NCBI GenBank assembly: GCA_052327205.1
Contig: CM126209.1
Location: 153,326,001 to 153,390,000 of the forward strand
From: Somniosus microcephalus
Taxonomy: Eukaryota
DNA: 64,000 nucleotides
Reading direction: 5' to 3'
The position numbers and the translations under genes were made by a program. The notes under the pieces are model-generated. The model was not told where the DNA came from, did no database searches, and worked only from the letters and a program-made list of their open reading frames with translations. This document shows, in pieces, positions 37,482-51,167 of the stretch. The number at the start of each line of letters is the position of its first letter. The stretch's first letter is position 1.

Positions 37482-38354
37482 GATGTAATAATTAAATATA
37501 ATTTCTGGGGAAAAATGATCAGACTTTGGAAATATTGTAGCTTTTATTTAACTGCTTTACTTTTTGTATTAGTATTGCTACTTTGTGGTTTAGACTACAT
37601 TTTTAAATGCATTTGTAGCTTTATTTCTCTTTTTTTGCTCATTTATTCTCTCGTGTACGCTCCTGCTCTCTCATGGGCTATCTTTGTGTCTGTTGCTCTC
37701 CCTTTCTCTTTGTCTGTATTTCGCAGGCTACCTTTCTTTGTTTCCATTTTCTTTCTCACAGTCTTTTTTTCCTCTTGCTCCCTTTGTTTCACTCTTGTCT
37801 GCTCTCTCTCACTTCCCTTTTCTCTTGCATCCTCCCCTTCGCTCATGCATGCACTTGTTTGTTTTCTTAATTTTATTTCCTGAGAAAAGGAAAAAAAAAA
37901 GATTTTCGGGACAAATTGAATGTGTATGGATTCTGCCTATATCCGAATAATATAGCTACAATGTAATGGTAACCATTTTTCAGCAGATTTTTGTTATGGA
38001 TTGGGCATTTTTGACTTAAGACACTCTTAATGGTTGTGTTTTTATAGATTACTGACGATTTTTCCAGGATTTTGCTAAGTAAAGGAAACTCCCATTCATC
38101 TAGCATTGCACAGTTTTTACACCTTAAATTATGCAACTTAGTTCTACCACAGTAATCCACTGACTTACTGATGCATGTTCATCTAAATTGATATATTGGT
38201 TGCACATGATTTTCTTCACCTCTGAGGAAGTTTACTGTCACTGCTAAGGTGATGCTATGTCTTCGAGCTTAAGTTTGTGTGTATGTTCTTCGGCCAAAAT
38301 AATTATGGATTGCAGTATTGAGTGATGAGCACTGTTTTATTTTTGTCATTTTAG

Positions 38355-38434
38355 CCCTGAGACAGGTGCTGCAGGGAGTCCATTTGACTTGGCTTCTGCT
38401 ATTGAGCCCACCTCTCAGTCTTATGAAGATCCAG
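38355..38434 (+). CDS. PDLIM7: PDLIM7 long-isoform exon, 80 nt (SPETGAAGSPFDLASAIEPTSQSYEDP), phase 2 to 1
   Basis: ttttag acceptor and CAG|gtaatc donor. Open frame, and it supplies exactly the phase change needed between the 37-nt exon and the 43894 exon. Little recognisable homology. Confidence 0.75.
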
Positions 38435-38725
38435 GTAATCGTGACATTTGAGCTCCTCTTGTTTATTTTTCCACTGGCTAATAGACTCCCAAGTCAATTC
38501 TATAGCTTTCCCAAAATGATACAAAATCACAATATATCACAACTTGTCAGGTTTTTTTTAAAAAAAAAGCTTATCACCATGAAGTATTACTAAGTGTGAA
38601 CCAAACATTAATTTCTTTGGTAGAGAAAATATGTATTTGCCAATCTATTGCAGCATTAGTTTATGTTTGTGTCAAAAATGGTCTTGTGTAAACTTGCATG
38701 CAGATGTAGACACCCCAAAGAGTTT

Positions 38726-39195
38726 AAATAAAAACGGAAAATGCTGGAAATACGCAACAGGTCAGGCAGCATCTGTGAAGAGAGAAACAGTTAACATTTC
38801 AGGTCATTGACCTTTCAACAAAACTGGGAAAAGTTAGAGATGTAACAGGTTTTAAGCAAATACAGAGGCCAGGAAAGGGTGGGGGGGGGAGGGGAGGAAA
38901 GAACAGAAGGGAAGGTTTGTGATAGGGTGGAAGACGGGAGTGATTAAATTACAAAAGGGATGATGGTGCGAGCAACAGGGAGTGGGAATGGGAAAAGCAA
39001 AGAAACAAAAGATAGAGCTAGAGGAGCTGTAAATGGCAAACAGCAGAATCATTACCAGCACCTGCTGTCCAAAAAACAGGAGCAGTGTTGAGTCCAGAAG
39101 GTTGTAAAGTGCCTAATTGAAAGATGAGGTGTTGTTCCTCAAACTTCTGTTGAGCTTCATTAGAACAGTGTAGGAGGCTGAGGTCAAAGTGGGAA
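38726..39195 (-). mobile_element. Penelope-like element fragment
   Basis: EEQHLIFQLGTLQPSGLN, and a terminal region similar to 21392-21500. Confidence 0.8.
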
Positions 39196-39727
39196 AGTTG
39201 ATCCTTTCTTAGTCTTGAAGTCCCCTTGCTGACCAAGTAGTTTGCAGTCACAAAGTGATGGACAGTTTTTGGGACCAACCATTAACTTAGGCATTTGTGA
39301 CAAATGACATGTCCTTGGCTATTGTCATATCTGAAAATCTAAAAACTTGGCAAAAACAATATACAGCTGAAAAGAAAATCCTTTAACATTTTTCACAGTT
39401 TCAAAATTTATTAGCTCTTTGTACAGTAAAAATATAAATAATGCACAACTGTACTGCAAAAGCTTTGAATATAGTTACTTTATATGCAGCTGCCTTGTTA
39501 ATTATTTTCTCATCAGCTATAGAAGTTGGCTTGTTTATCTTCTCAGCAGTTCCAGTCAGACAACCTCTCTTCGAAGACTGTTGGTTTAACTTTCTGATTT
39601 GAACGGTGCAGGCGATTCATTGGAAATCTGTGCCCCTATACTTGATGTTTCTGAGAAACTGTGCCCAAGACTAACAATTACTTTTTTGTTAATACCATTC
39701 ACCAGAGATCAGCTAGGTTGCACACCA

Positions 39728-39911
39728 GGATAGAATGGTTACAGCACAGGAGGAGGCCTTTCAGCCCATCAAGCCCATGCCGGCTCTCTGCAAGAGCACT
39801 TCAGCTAGGCCCACTCCCCTGCCCTTTCCCCGTAGCCCTGCAGTTTTTTTTTCCTTCAGGTACTTATCCAATTCCCTTTTGAAAGCCACGATTAAGTCTG
39901 CCTCCACCAGG
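39728..39911 (-). mobile_element. CR1 LINE 3' fragment
   Basis: VEADLIVAFKRELDKYLK. Same family as 13238-13527. Confidence 0.8.
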
Positions 39912-40489
39912 TTCTCCTGCCTTCTCCAAAAAATAGAAAACGCCACACGGATCAATAGGTACAGGCAAAAACTATGATTTATTTACAAATAGAGTAATAC
40001 ATAGAAGCAGTGAGACCCTGCAAATTGCTTAAAGTACAATACTTAAACAACAGAAAATCACTCGACAAAAATATAAAATAATCCTTCCTTCCAAAAGACA
40101 TCTCTTCCACAGGGTGATAAACAACTGCCTGAATAGTCTTCTGTCCATCGCCACTATGTAAAGTTGTGCGTGATTGATGTAAATGAACAATCCAGAGTTT
40201 GGAATATGAAAGAACAGAAGCTGAGTAAACCACTGTAATATGTTGCCGTTGGGCAGTTTTCAAGTGGCAGCCATACCTTTCGAAGCACAGGCAGCGTGAG
40301 AGCACGATAGAGCTTGCACCTTGAAGTGAAGGATATTAGTCTTAATTGAAATATTTCTCTCTTAATGGTTCAGCCATCACAGTAATTGAATTCAACCATC
40401 CCCCAGGCCGTTGACATTTAAAAACAGCCAGTTCTTGTCGTCCAGCAAATTTTGACTTAATTAGCTTCTCAGCGGGAGTGTTGATAGAA

Positions 40490-42400
40490 GATGAACATGG
40501 GAACAGGAGTAGGCCATTCAGTGAGATCATGGCTGATCCGTATTGTAACTCTAGCCACCTGTCTTGGCTCCATATCTCTTAGATTTTTGCTGGACAAAGG
40601 TATTATCAATTTCAGATTTAAGATTATTCATTTGAGCTGGCATCTACTGCTTTTTGTGGGAGAGAGTTCCACACTACTACCAGGCTCTCTGTGAAATAGT
40701 TTCCTAATTTCTCTCCTGAATGGCCTGGTCCTGACTTTAAGATTATGTCCCCTTGTCCTAGACTCCCCCACCAGTGGAAAATGTTTCTTTCTATCTACCC
40801 TATCAATTTCTTTCAAAATCCTAAAAAACCTCAATTAAAGTCACCCCCTTACCTTCTATATTCCAGGTAATACAAGCCTAGTATATGTAATCTCTCCTCA
40901 TAATTTAACCCTTGGAGCCCTGGTGACATTCTGGTGAATCTTCTGCACTCCTTCCAAGGCCAATATATCCTTCCTAAGGTGTGGTGCCCAGAACTGTACA
41001 CAGTACTCCAGATGTAGTCTAACCAGGCCTTTGTGTAGCTGCAGCAGAACTTCCTCCCCTTTATATTCTAGCCCTCTAGTTATAAAGGCTAACATTCCAT
41101 TAGCCGTTTTGATTATTTTTGTACCTGTCCACTACATTTTAGTGTTCTGTGTAGATGGAATGGACACCTAAATCTCTTTGGACCTCTGCTGTTCCTAACT
41201 TTTCACCATTTACAAAAAAATACTTGGATCTATACTTTTTTGGTTCAAAATGGATGACCTCACACTTGCCTTTTAAATCCATCTGCCATAGTTTTGCCCA
41301 CTCAGTTAATCTATCAATGCCTTTTTGTAATTTTAGGCTCTCGTCTACACTACTTCCAATGCCACCAGTCTTTGTGTCATCAGCAAACTTGGATATATGG
41401 CCCTTTATTGTGTTATTAAGAAGGACTTAGATATATTTCTTAAGGCTAAAGGGATCAAGGGATAAGGGGAGAAAGCAGGGACAGGGTACTGAATTTGGAT
41501 GATCAGCCATGATCTCATTAAATGGCGGAACAGGCTCGAGGGGCCGAATGGCCTACTCCTGCTCCTATCTTCTATGTTTCTATCTAAGTCATTAATAAAG
41601 ATAGTGAACAGTTGAGGCCCCATCAGATCCTTGTGGGCATGTAGACAACTTCCATTACAGTTTTATGTCCTCTCTTATTCCTTCATTCTAACCATAGAGT
41701 CGTCACTGATTGTTTTCCCTTACCTATACCCTCGCTTACTAATGTTTTAATAGTATCTTTAATCAATAAGGCTACCCCTCTTCTTCCAGTTTCCCTATCC
41801 TTTCTAAAGACCTGATAACGTGGAATATTAAACTCCCAATCATGACTCGCTTGCAGCCATGTCTCAGTAATGGCCACCCTGCCTTGCCCTCGAAGCTCTA
41901 TTTGAGCCTTTAATTCATTCAATGTATTTCTTGTATGCCATGCGTTGGTATACAAAGCTCTTATTTGGGCAAGAGACCCTAACCTGTCCTTCTGTCCTGA
42001 TGCTGTCTTACTCACACTCTTTAACTTAACACGTTTCTTATTTGTCACTCCTACTGTTATTTAATTATTTTAGTATTCACTTCACCCGGAGTATCTATAT
42101 CGCTGTTTGTGACCTGAACTCTGCTCTTATACTTTTTTTCAATCTGTCCCATGAAATGGAGCTCCTCCTTCCCACACCGCTCCTTTAGCCATGTGTTCAC
42201 CCTCCTGATCTGTTTGTTCCCAAATGCCAATTAGCATGTGGCGGGGGTAATAATCCTAAGATTATCATCCTTGAGGTCCTGCTTTTTAATTTAGCTCCTA
42301 ACTCCTGATACTCCCTTTGCTTCCCTATGTCATTGGTCCCCAACATGAACCATGACCACTGGATCTTCCCTCCCCACACCCACCCCTGATGCATCGCCTG
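40490..42400 (-). mobile_element. Internally deleted CR1 LINE (ORF1 esterase, endonuclease and RT remnants)
   Basis: LGTNDIG (ORF 42197..42403), ALYTNA...AITETWL (ORF 41683..42048), RLHLEYCVQFWAP, ESRTRGHNL. Confidence 0.85.
41418..41583 (+). mobile_element. Short young CR1 3' end nested in the older CR1
   Basis: Nearly identical to the reverse complement of about 775-940. Confidence 0.9.
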
Positions 42401-43893
42401 CACTGCTAGTCCTAGTTTTTATTAATTTATTTACTTGTTGTTAGTAATTTAATTCTAGATACAATAAAATTACTTTAGTAGATGAATTTAGCTTGATTTC
42501 AGATTAATTTGCAATTAATTAGTTTGTTTTTTATTTTAGTATCCCCTTAACTCCTATTTATTATATATGTATGTCAGATTTTTATTTAATGTAATTCAGT
42601 TCCCTTTAATGTTGGTATCCTCTCCTTAATTAATTTAAATTTTATCTCCTTGGATCTAATTGATTACTCCGATTATTTATATATTTACTTATTTACTTGC
42701 CCATTATGTAAATTACTTGGCACCTCCTCCCCCCCCCCCCCCCCCCATTGCACCTAATTCCCATCTTTACTCTGTTTAGCAGCTTACCTCTGTTAAGTGA
42801 TTCACTCAGCTCTGTGCTTTTGCAGAAACACACTAGTTACAACTGGTCAGTCAACTTCCAGCCACAATAATTAACACCTAGTCAGGGACCCACTTACAGT
42901 TAACTGCCACTAACTTGCAGTTTTTTAAAGTTTGAAAATGAAGTTAAATTTCAGTTTGATAACCACGCACTTTCTGTACTACTTGCCCACTGCTTACCAG
43001 TGAATTGCCACACTCTCCAAATTTCCATCTTCACTCTGTTTAGCCACTCACTGCTGCTGCTGAGAAGAGAATCTAGCCAAGACTGATTTTTCCACTACCA
43101 CAGTCTGTGAAATTGGTTAAGTGTATTAGTTCCTTGCTAAAGAAATCATGAATTCCCTTAGAGACACAGCTGACTATTCGGTTTTCAAATTATGTTTGAA
43201 CTGTCTATCTAAAGTCAAATAAAATTATAATACAAAAATCTCCTTATTTTGTCACTTTTTAAATGAAGGTTTGGTGCCCAAAAACCTCACATCTCTCCTC
43301 GCCTCTTCTCACCTTGAATATGAGAAACAAGGGTGCTTCGTTTTTCTTAATTCCTCTGTAGTAACCGTGGAAACAATACCTTCCTGGGGACTCCTCCAAA
43401 GACCTTTCTGACACAGAAAGGATCCAATGCCTGAGGAGCTTTGATGTCCTGTCTGGGCTTGATTTACTTATTCAAAGGGGCAGATTAATCAAAGTTTAAC
43501 ACCTTCAGAATCTTCAGTTGCTGTGAGTTGAAATAATTATGGACAATAACACATGGTGAAATGGGGGATCGCTTGTATGAGGTGAATGGCTGGCAAGTCA
43601 TTGCTCTTAGTGAAATCCTAAAGACACGATTGTAACTTGTTCTATTTGATGTGTCGATCTCACCAATAATAGGTGAACAATAATTTAGTTTGTTGAGATA
43701 TATTCCACTGGTTAAGTAACCACAGCTTAGGCCAGAGGTAGAAAAGGTAATGAAAGATTGCATTTGAGCAAAATGTATATATCACTAGAATGCAATCCCA
43801 TACGAAGGTACAACTTGAAAACGACAGGAAAAATGGTATCTAATTCATGAAAGTGTTACATTATTATTTATTTATTTTGGGGTTTTTTTTCAG

Positions 43894-44137
43894 GAAAAAC
43901 TGTCCCAAGAACTGCTCCAGTTCCTTCGGCTCCAAGTTGCAGACCACCTTGGGTGGTTGATGATTCCTTTGCAGAGAAGTATGCACCAAACAAAACTACT
44001 ACCATAATGACTAAATTCACTCAGCCTGCTCAGCCAACTCCTCAGCAAAATCGAAACTCTATTGTCCAGGCAGCACAGCAGGCACCTGACGGGACGAACA
44101 GGACTCCAGTGTGTGCCCACTGTAACAAGGTTATCAA
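43894..44137 (+). CDS. PDLIM7: PDLIM7 exon, 244 nt (RPPWVVDDSFAEKYAPNKT...RTPVCAHCNKVI), start of LIM1
   Basis: T-tract and cag acceptor, AA|gtgagt donor. Matches recalled RPPWAVDPAFAERYAPDKT. Confidence 0.95.
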
Positions 44138-47100
44138 GTGAGTAAGGAATGCAGATAAGAGTAATTGTTCATGTTTTGTTATGTACTGTTGGATCATGTA
44201 AAAAGACTGCTTTCGCATTGCAAATTTACATTTATTATGAATGTATTTTCCTAATTATCAATTGTGACAGGTCAGTTATTATACTCCACTAGCTGATCTC
44301 CTGTGAGGTTGCTCATGGTAAGTCAGTAAATATGATAACTCGCTTACCTATCTGTCTTTGTATTACTGTTTTTGTGTTTCCCCTCTTCTGTGTCAGTATT
44401 TCTTCCTCTTTCTCTCTCATTGCTGCTTCTTTCCCCTTAACTCTTCACTTTTCTCTGTGGTCTCTCTCTCTCTCCCTTTTTTTTCTTTCCTCTCCTGCTG
44501 AATTCAGCAGTAAAATATTTTCTTCAATGAAATAACAGCACCACAATTCTTTAAACATATTCTGTTAAATGGTAGGCAAAATGATTTTGCTTCCGGCTTT
44601 ATCAAAATACAACGTGTATAGGTCAGCAATAAGATTATTTAATTCTATTTTATTTGAATTGGATGAGAAACCTGTGCAGGTAACCTTTTGGGTCCCGGTT
44701 TCATGATGAGGAAATATGGGGTTAAACTAGCCCAGACTCCCCTGCTTGTTCAGAACAGAGTGTCGGTTTGGCTCATATTTACAACGGCTTCCCCCAAGTT
44801 AAATAGACAATAGGCACAGGAAAAGCTTGGCCAGAGAACTTAGCCTGTATCACCCTTGGATGGGGATTAGAAAACTTTGTGGGGCTGCAGATAATGGCTA
44901 AGAGGGAGGTTGTGGTGCAAGCAGCTTTGGAGAAATAGATCAGTGGCACACCAGAGGCATGGATAATGCCATTGCAGCAATGCTTCTTTGTCCCTCTAAG
45001 TGCGTTGCTTGCTTTCTTGAGTTTTAGTGATGTTCAAAATAAAAACATTTTAACTGATATTTTTCTCTGAAATTACTCTTTTGGGGTCCAATTTTTTCCA
45101 CATTTTTTTTTCTTTACACTGAAAATAAAACCTGCAAAAGGGTTTTTAATTTGGCCATAACTTTTTAATGACCATTACCCAAAAGCAATTGCATCCTCCC
45201 CTCCCCCCCCACCCCCACCCCCCTCCCCCCCAACAACATGTTTCTTCTTCTTTCAAAAACTCCGTCGTCAAAGTTTGCATCTTATAGATCACTGCTTGGA
45301 ATGCAACCATTGATTTTAATAATTATATTTCTGTGGCCAGATACTGCTTGATCATTAGCTGAATGCAAACCCTGTCTTTGCAAGCAGGCTACAGAATTGC
45401 TCTGAGCAACATTGGTGCCCATGTGGGTGCCATTTTGTATATCCTACACTCGAAGTCCAGCACTTGGTGAAATCTTTGACCTGAAAGTTCTTTGAATGGT
45501 GTACCATAAAGATATGCCAAATTTATACCGATCTTGCTGTTAGGAATTTACGCACACAAAAATCCTGAGAATCTCATTAACGAACGGAAATCAGTGTAAA
45601 CATTCAGGGCCTGGGGAAAGTGCGAATGCGCCATTTATGTCCCTCTTTATCATACTGATCATGAAAATTAAAGTTTGAAGATATCAAATCATCATTCATG
45701 CACATTGAGCACAGCGGTCTAGAGTTTCCTCTAGGTTGCGTTGGTTTTTCTAGCACAATTCACCCGAAATCGGCCAAACCAGCGCAAAAGATCGAGGAAT
45801 TTCAAGTGCAATTTGCGTCCAGCGCAAATCGTGTTTCTGCGATCTTTGATGCTGGTTTAAAAAACATCACCCTGGAAACTGGCCCTGACCACAAAACTGG
45901 CCACACCCCCAAATCGAATTAATCACCATGGTGAGTCCCTGCTACTTGTGCCCATTTGTGGACCTTCGAGGAGACTCTTAAAATTAAGCATTTTTTTAAG
46001 AGAAGGGCACTAATAGGCACATTTTAAAAAGCTTTTGCATATTAAATATTTAATTTACTAAGAAACTGACTACGGTACACCAATGAAACTAATAAATAGT
46101 TCTGTATAGTTTGTTTAAAGTCATTTTCGGTTATTTAAAATTGGGTTACTCACTTGGGTGGTGGACTAGACAGTCGACCATTTTCAGCTGTATTAATAAA
46201 ACTGCACCAGGTTAACACTCTTAAATATATCAAGGAATATTTTTTAATGGAAAAAAATAATTGCGTTCTAAAACGCTGTCCGGTTGCGCTGGTTCATAGA
46301 TTTTTTACATTTGCGATTAAGCAAATGAGTTTGAACGGAAACTTGAAGCATAAAATTCTTTCAGAAAACTAGAGCAATTTGTGCTTGGATTGTTAATTGC
46401 GCCCAAAGCGGAAGCCCTACCCCAGCATGTTTAAGAAAATAGAACTGTGCAAGCTAATCTCTTTCTACATTAACAAATTCTGATGTGATAAAAAAGCATT
46501 CAAATATATAGAAAATGTAGTGCATGTCTCCTGTGAGGTGAATTTTTTTTTTTGAATAGCTTATAACTCGCTATAAAACACTGGAAATTACTTTGGGCCC
46601 TGCTAAGTCTAAAAGTTTGGACAGAAATTTATGCCAGTTCAGAACAGGCATAACTGCAGGAAACTTGCGTTCTCTGGTCTTTTGCATGAGGGCGGAGCTA
46701 TGTTTATGAACTAAGTGCTGTTTTAGTTGGCGTAACTCAGGAGTGGTGCAAATGTCAAGGAAACTTGCGTTTTGCGAAGTTGCGTCGTAAAACTGACACA
46801 AGTCACTTGCGCATGTTTTCTCGGAAAAAAACAGGCACAACTCCGCAATTGCGCTGGAAATTGAGGAAATCTGGGACTTCAAATCCAGTTCAGCTGATAC
46901 CTTCATTACTTCCCATGTGGAAAGGAGGTATTAGACATGAAAAACAGTGGGGATCATTTTGACTTTGTGTAAGATGGGTGATGGCAAATTGATAGCCCGT
47001 TTTACAAATCTTGTGATTTTTTAAATTTCCATTGACTTCAATGGGACATTATTAAAATTTAACATTTTAACAGCCAACAGAACAACACTCTACCTTTTTA

Positions 47101-48940
47101 ATAAATCTACTTAGGTAGGCCAGACTCCAAGATTGCTAATGTGCCTACTTCAACTGTGCAAAGAGTGTGCCATGGGTGGTCCCTTGTCTGCAGTTGGGAA
47201 TCCAGGAAAGGGACACATTTAAATATTTACTGAATGGTAATACCAGCAGCATGGCCCCATTTTTACTCCAAAAAATTTAAGTTCCTGATTTTTCACCTTA
47301 TCTCCCGCTTCCTGCAAAGCTCGCTACTGCTGGTGGAGCCTTGGAACATTTACCCCTTGGAGATTGCATTGACCACTCAAACTTCTGACGTAATAAGATT
47401 AGAAATAATTACTAATTTGTCAAACTAATCTGGAAAAATGTGTACAGCTGCCAGCCATGTCATTTGTAGACATGGTGCTCTTAAGGAGGTTCAGATGGAA
47501 TTGCTTAATTGAAAAGACATTTTCAGTTTAATTAAGCTTTTTAATTTCTATGTTTAATGAAATTGGTTTTTTAAATTGGATTTATGTACTTTTAAAATCA
47601 CAGCAATCAATTGTCTTTTGATATGTAGATATACTAAATGAGGAGATTTAAGTAATGCAAATAAATTAGTGTTTTAAGATGATTACTTAAATAACCTGTT
47701 TATGCACACGGTAATAATAGAATAAAGCAAATTGGCTGCATTATTACCAATCTAGCTTGAACTGATGGAGGTAATACCACGTGTTCTTCAAATAAACACA
47801 GAACTCAATTTTTCACAGATAATAAAACTTATGGCTATGTTTTCATGGGGGAACAGATTTCCTTTTTGAATGATTGATTAATAATCACAATTATGAAATT
47901 ACAATATAAAAAAGTTTTGTAAACCCTGAAAGTTGCACTGCTAGTTGCTGCAGAATTGGTTTTTAATGTATTTGATATCTGCTAAACATTTTTTTTTAAA
48001 CACCGTTTATTCTGTAGTTTTAACCTGCAAGATCAATATGTGGTTTGTATATCATTGCCGACCTCCATGCTTCTGGCCCGAGCATCCATAAATCATAGAA
48101 ACTAAACCTAGGGATGAAGAATGGCAGACAGGCCTGAGTACATGAGCCAGGCTTTCCTGAGCTTGGCTTCTTCTGGGGTCTGCTGAGTACAGAATGCAAA
48201 ATGTTAAAGGAATTTATAACATTGCAAAATAGAACAGCTGTGTAGCACTGAAGATTTAAAAATAGTCACAGTGCGTGTAGGAAATTTTCAGTTCCACTAC
48301 TGAAGGTGATAGCAGTGTGTCAGGAGCTTGGGTATTTAATATCTCAGATAATAGCGTGAAAAGGTCGACTGTTTCAGTCAGTACATTTTAATAAAGCCGT
48401 AGCATCATTCTGGAGGGCATTAGAGTCAGTAAGGACCCCAAAATTGTAATTATTAGTCCAAGCAGAGCCTGTTTAACTCCAATATAGACAAATTGTGTGG
48501 TGATTTGAAAAATGTTTTGATTTGAAAAGAGTTCAGATTCGTTTCTTGTAACATTATTGATTTCTTTTAATGCATTTCCAAAAAAAAACTGTTTCTCAAT
48601 TTGGCATTGATCAGTAATTGATACTCCTTACTAGTAAATGTCGTTGCAGTGGATATGTATCGTAGTAACATAAACATCTCACCGATTTGCTCTACAAACT
48701 TTTGTCATTTAATTAAAATATTGTAATATCATAGAACTATAGATCACAAAAATTTACAGCATAGAAGGAGGCCATCATGATTAGAGCTGTGATGAAGTGA
48801 GGATTAAAAGTTTCAAGGTTTAGTTGTGGTGGGGTGAACTCATTAAAGAAAAAGATCACAGTCATGTGATTGAGATTTGGCTGCAAGAGCAGCTGAGAAA
48901 TGACTGGTGACAACCAGCTAAAATGCTAATTTTATTGTCA

Positions 48941-49192
48941 GCTTGCCAACTATGGTTGCCTGTATTCCAGGAGGATTCATCACATGACCTCCCTCCCACC
49001 TCCACCAGCCTTGCCCAGTTGACCAGCTGCATTATCCCATTTTCTAACTAAAGTATTCAAAGCAAATGAAAAGGCGCACCATTTTATTTAATGCCCCTGT
49101 GATTTTTCTCCTGGATTGCTCGCAGCAATGTCCAGGAGATTAATCTTCAATTCCTGAAGACTCCGGGACAACCCTGGAGGGTTGGCAACTCT
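48941..49192. mobile_element. Old MITE-like element
   Basis: Inverted ends ttgccaac / gttggcaac. A related left end occurs near 24410. Confidence 0.35.
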
Positions 49193-50413
49193 GCTGATTC
49201 TGTTACATTAATGCGATCATGAATGGAATTCCATTTTAGGTAGACCATATTCCATTTCATATACCGATTAAAAATAGGTAGAAATGGTGAGTGGACCCTT
49301 TGTAAAAATGTGTTTGCATTTTCCCTTGGTATTGTCAACATGGGCTTGGATTAATTTTATCGACGTTTAAATTCCGAATGCATTTCATAGGTGGTTTCAA
49401 AAATGCAATGCAATTAGCTGCAACTTCAGTGAATTCACACCATGAAAAGTGTACAAATGCAAGATCAAACCTGAATAATTAAAATTCTAAATTAAGCTTA
49501 ACACAAATTTTCAAAGCCCAGCAAAATAATGCAGGAATATGATCTCCACTTGGTCATCAGATTCTGCACCATGTGAAGGTGTCATACCAGATGTGGAGCA
49601 GAAAAGAGAGGAATGAGTCATCCAGGGTCTTGTTTCAATAACTAGCCATAAGCAACACCAGGGAATTTGAACAGCCTGTGTTACCTTTTGTCAGCATGCG
49701 TACACAATGTGAGGAGAGAAAATAGGGCTAACATCAGAATGACTGAGTAGGATCATTAAAGCACACACACACATTCAATAATCAAGTATTATTTCTGCAT
49801 GAATTCCTTCAAAATATAATGTGTGAAGGAATACTGAATTATGAAAAAGAAAAGGTGCTACCACAGTAAGGAGAGATGGTGGTTCTAAATATTGGCTATA
49901 AATTGTCCAGCAACTATACAGATTTACACCAGACTGACTTCAATTATGTAAATAGTGTTTAAATCTGCACAAGCTAAACAAGTTTACATATATGTGCCTT
50001 GTGTACATCTTTGTGAATGACACTGGTTTTGTGTCCATTGCTCCACATTTTTTCCATTCTATGGATTACATTTTTGTACACGATTATTCAATGGTAATGC
50101 AATAATGTACGTTTAACTGAGATTTTTATTTTTATGGAACGAAGAAGCAAGGCACCTTGCAATCTCCCACTATAATTCATTGATTTTTTTTTTCTCAGGT
50201 CCTCAAAGTAGTAATCCTCTCTTTCCCTCCTTCTTCCCTCCTTCCTGCAATCTCCTGGTCTTTTAAAACCCAGGCAGTACGTTCGTTCATTATTTTCTGG
50301 TTTTCTTGCTGCCTTTCTTGCTCTTTTCAGCCTTGTTCATGTCCTAAACAACGGGCCTTGGCTCTTAGCTGTGGTTTCTCAACTTAACCAGAGCAAAATG
50401 TTGAACTGTTAAT

Positions 50414-51167
50414 GGCCCAGAAATTCGGGTCGGGGGCTTCCCGCGGGTGCAAGCCCCCGACCTACACTTGCATATCGCGCTGACATTTGAAGACTGGGCC
50501 TGCTTGGATTTCTGGTCTGTGGCCCGGTTCAGCTCCCAGCGCGCTGTGCGTGCGTGATCCAGTGGCGTACTTAGTGCGATGAGCCGGCTGGGATCACGTG
50601 AGCACTGGGCAACCAATGGGAGTTTACAAAAGTCCATTCATGAGTTAGACATAAGACCTGTCAAACTCATGAAAAGTACGGGTGCCCAAAACACTACTTA
50701 AACTATAAATAAAAGTTTAAAAAACATTCCAATAATTAAATTAACTATTAATAACTTAAGAAACTAATTTAAACAATTATTCAAATTACTGCCAAAAAAT
50801 TTTTTTCAATACATCGGGTCCAAAAATACACTTACCTTACTGTAAATTCTTTAAAAATAATAAACCTGTGGAAAAAAATTTCTAACTTTAATTATTAGAC
50901 CACTTACCTTATAAAACGAAGTCCTTACATCTGCTTTTTACATTCGTAAAAAGTGGAGGTCTTCACGCACAGACAAACCTGTGGAAAAAAACAAAGTTCA
51001 ACGTGTACGCGCTGCCTCAAACGTCGCTAGGGAACCGCCTCTTAACCCCTTGGTTCAGAGGAGAGGAAATGCCGGTTTGCTGCGCATGCTGAAATCCGGC
51101 ACTTCCAACAGGCCCACGCGTGAGTACCCCGTCCGTACTCGCGCGTTGGGACCGGAATTACTGGGCC
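50414..51167. mobile_element. PIF/Harbinger-like MITE
   Basis: TIRs GGCCCAGAAATTC / GAATTACTGGGCC with a 3-bp TSD AAT on both sides. Confidence 0.8.
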
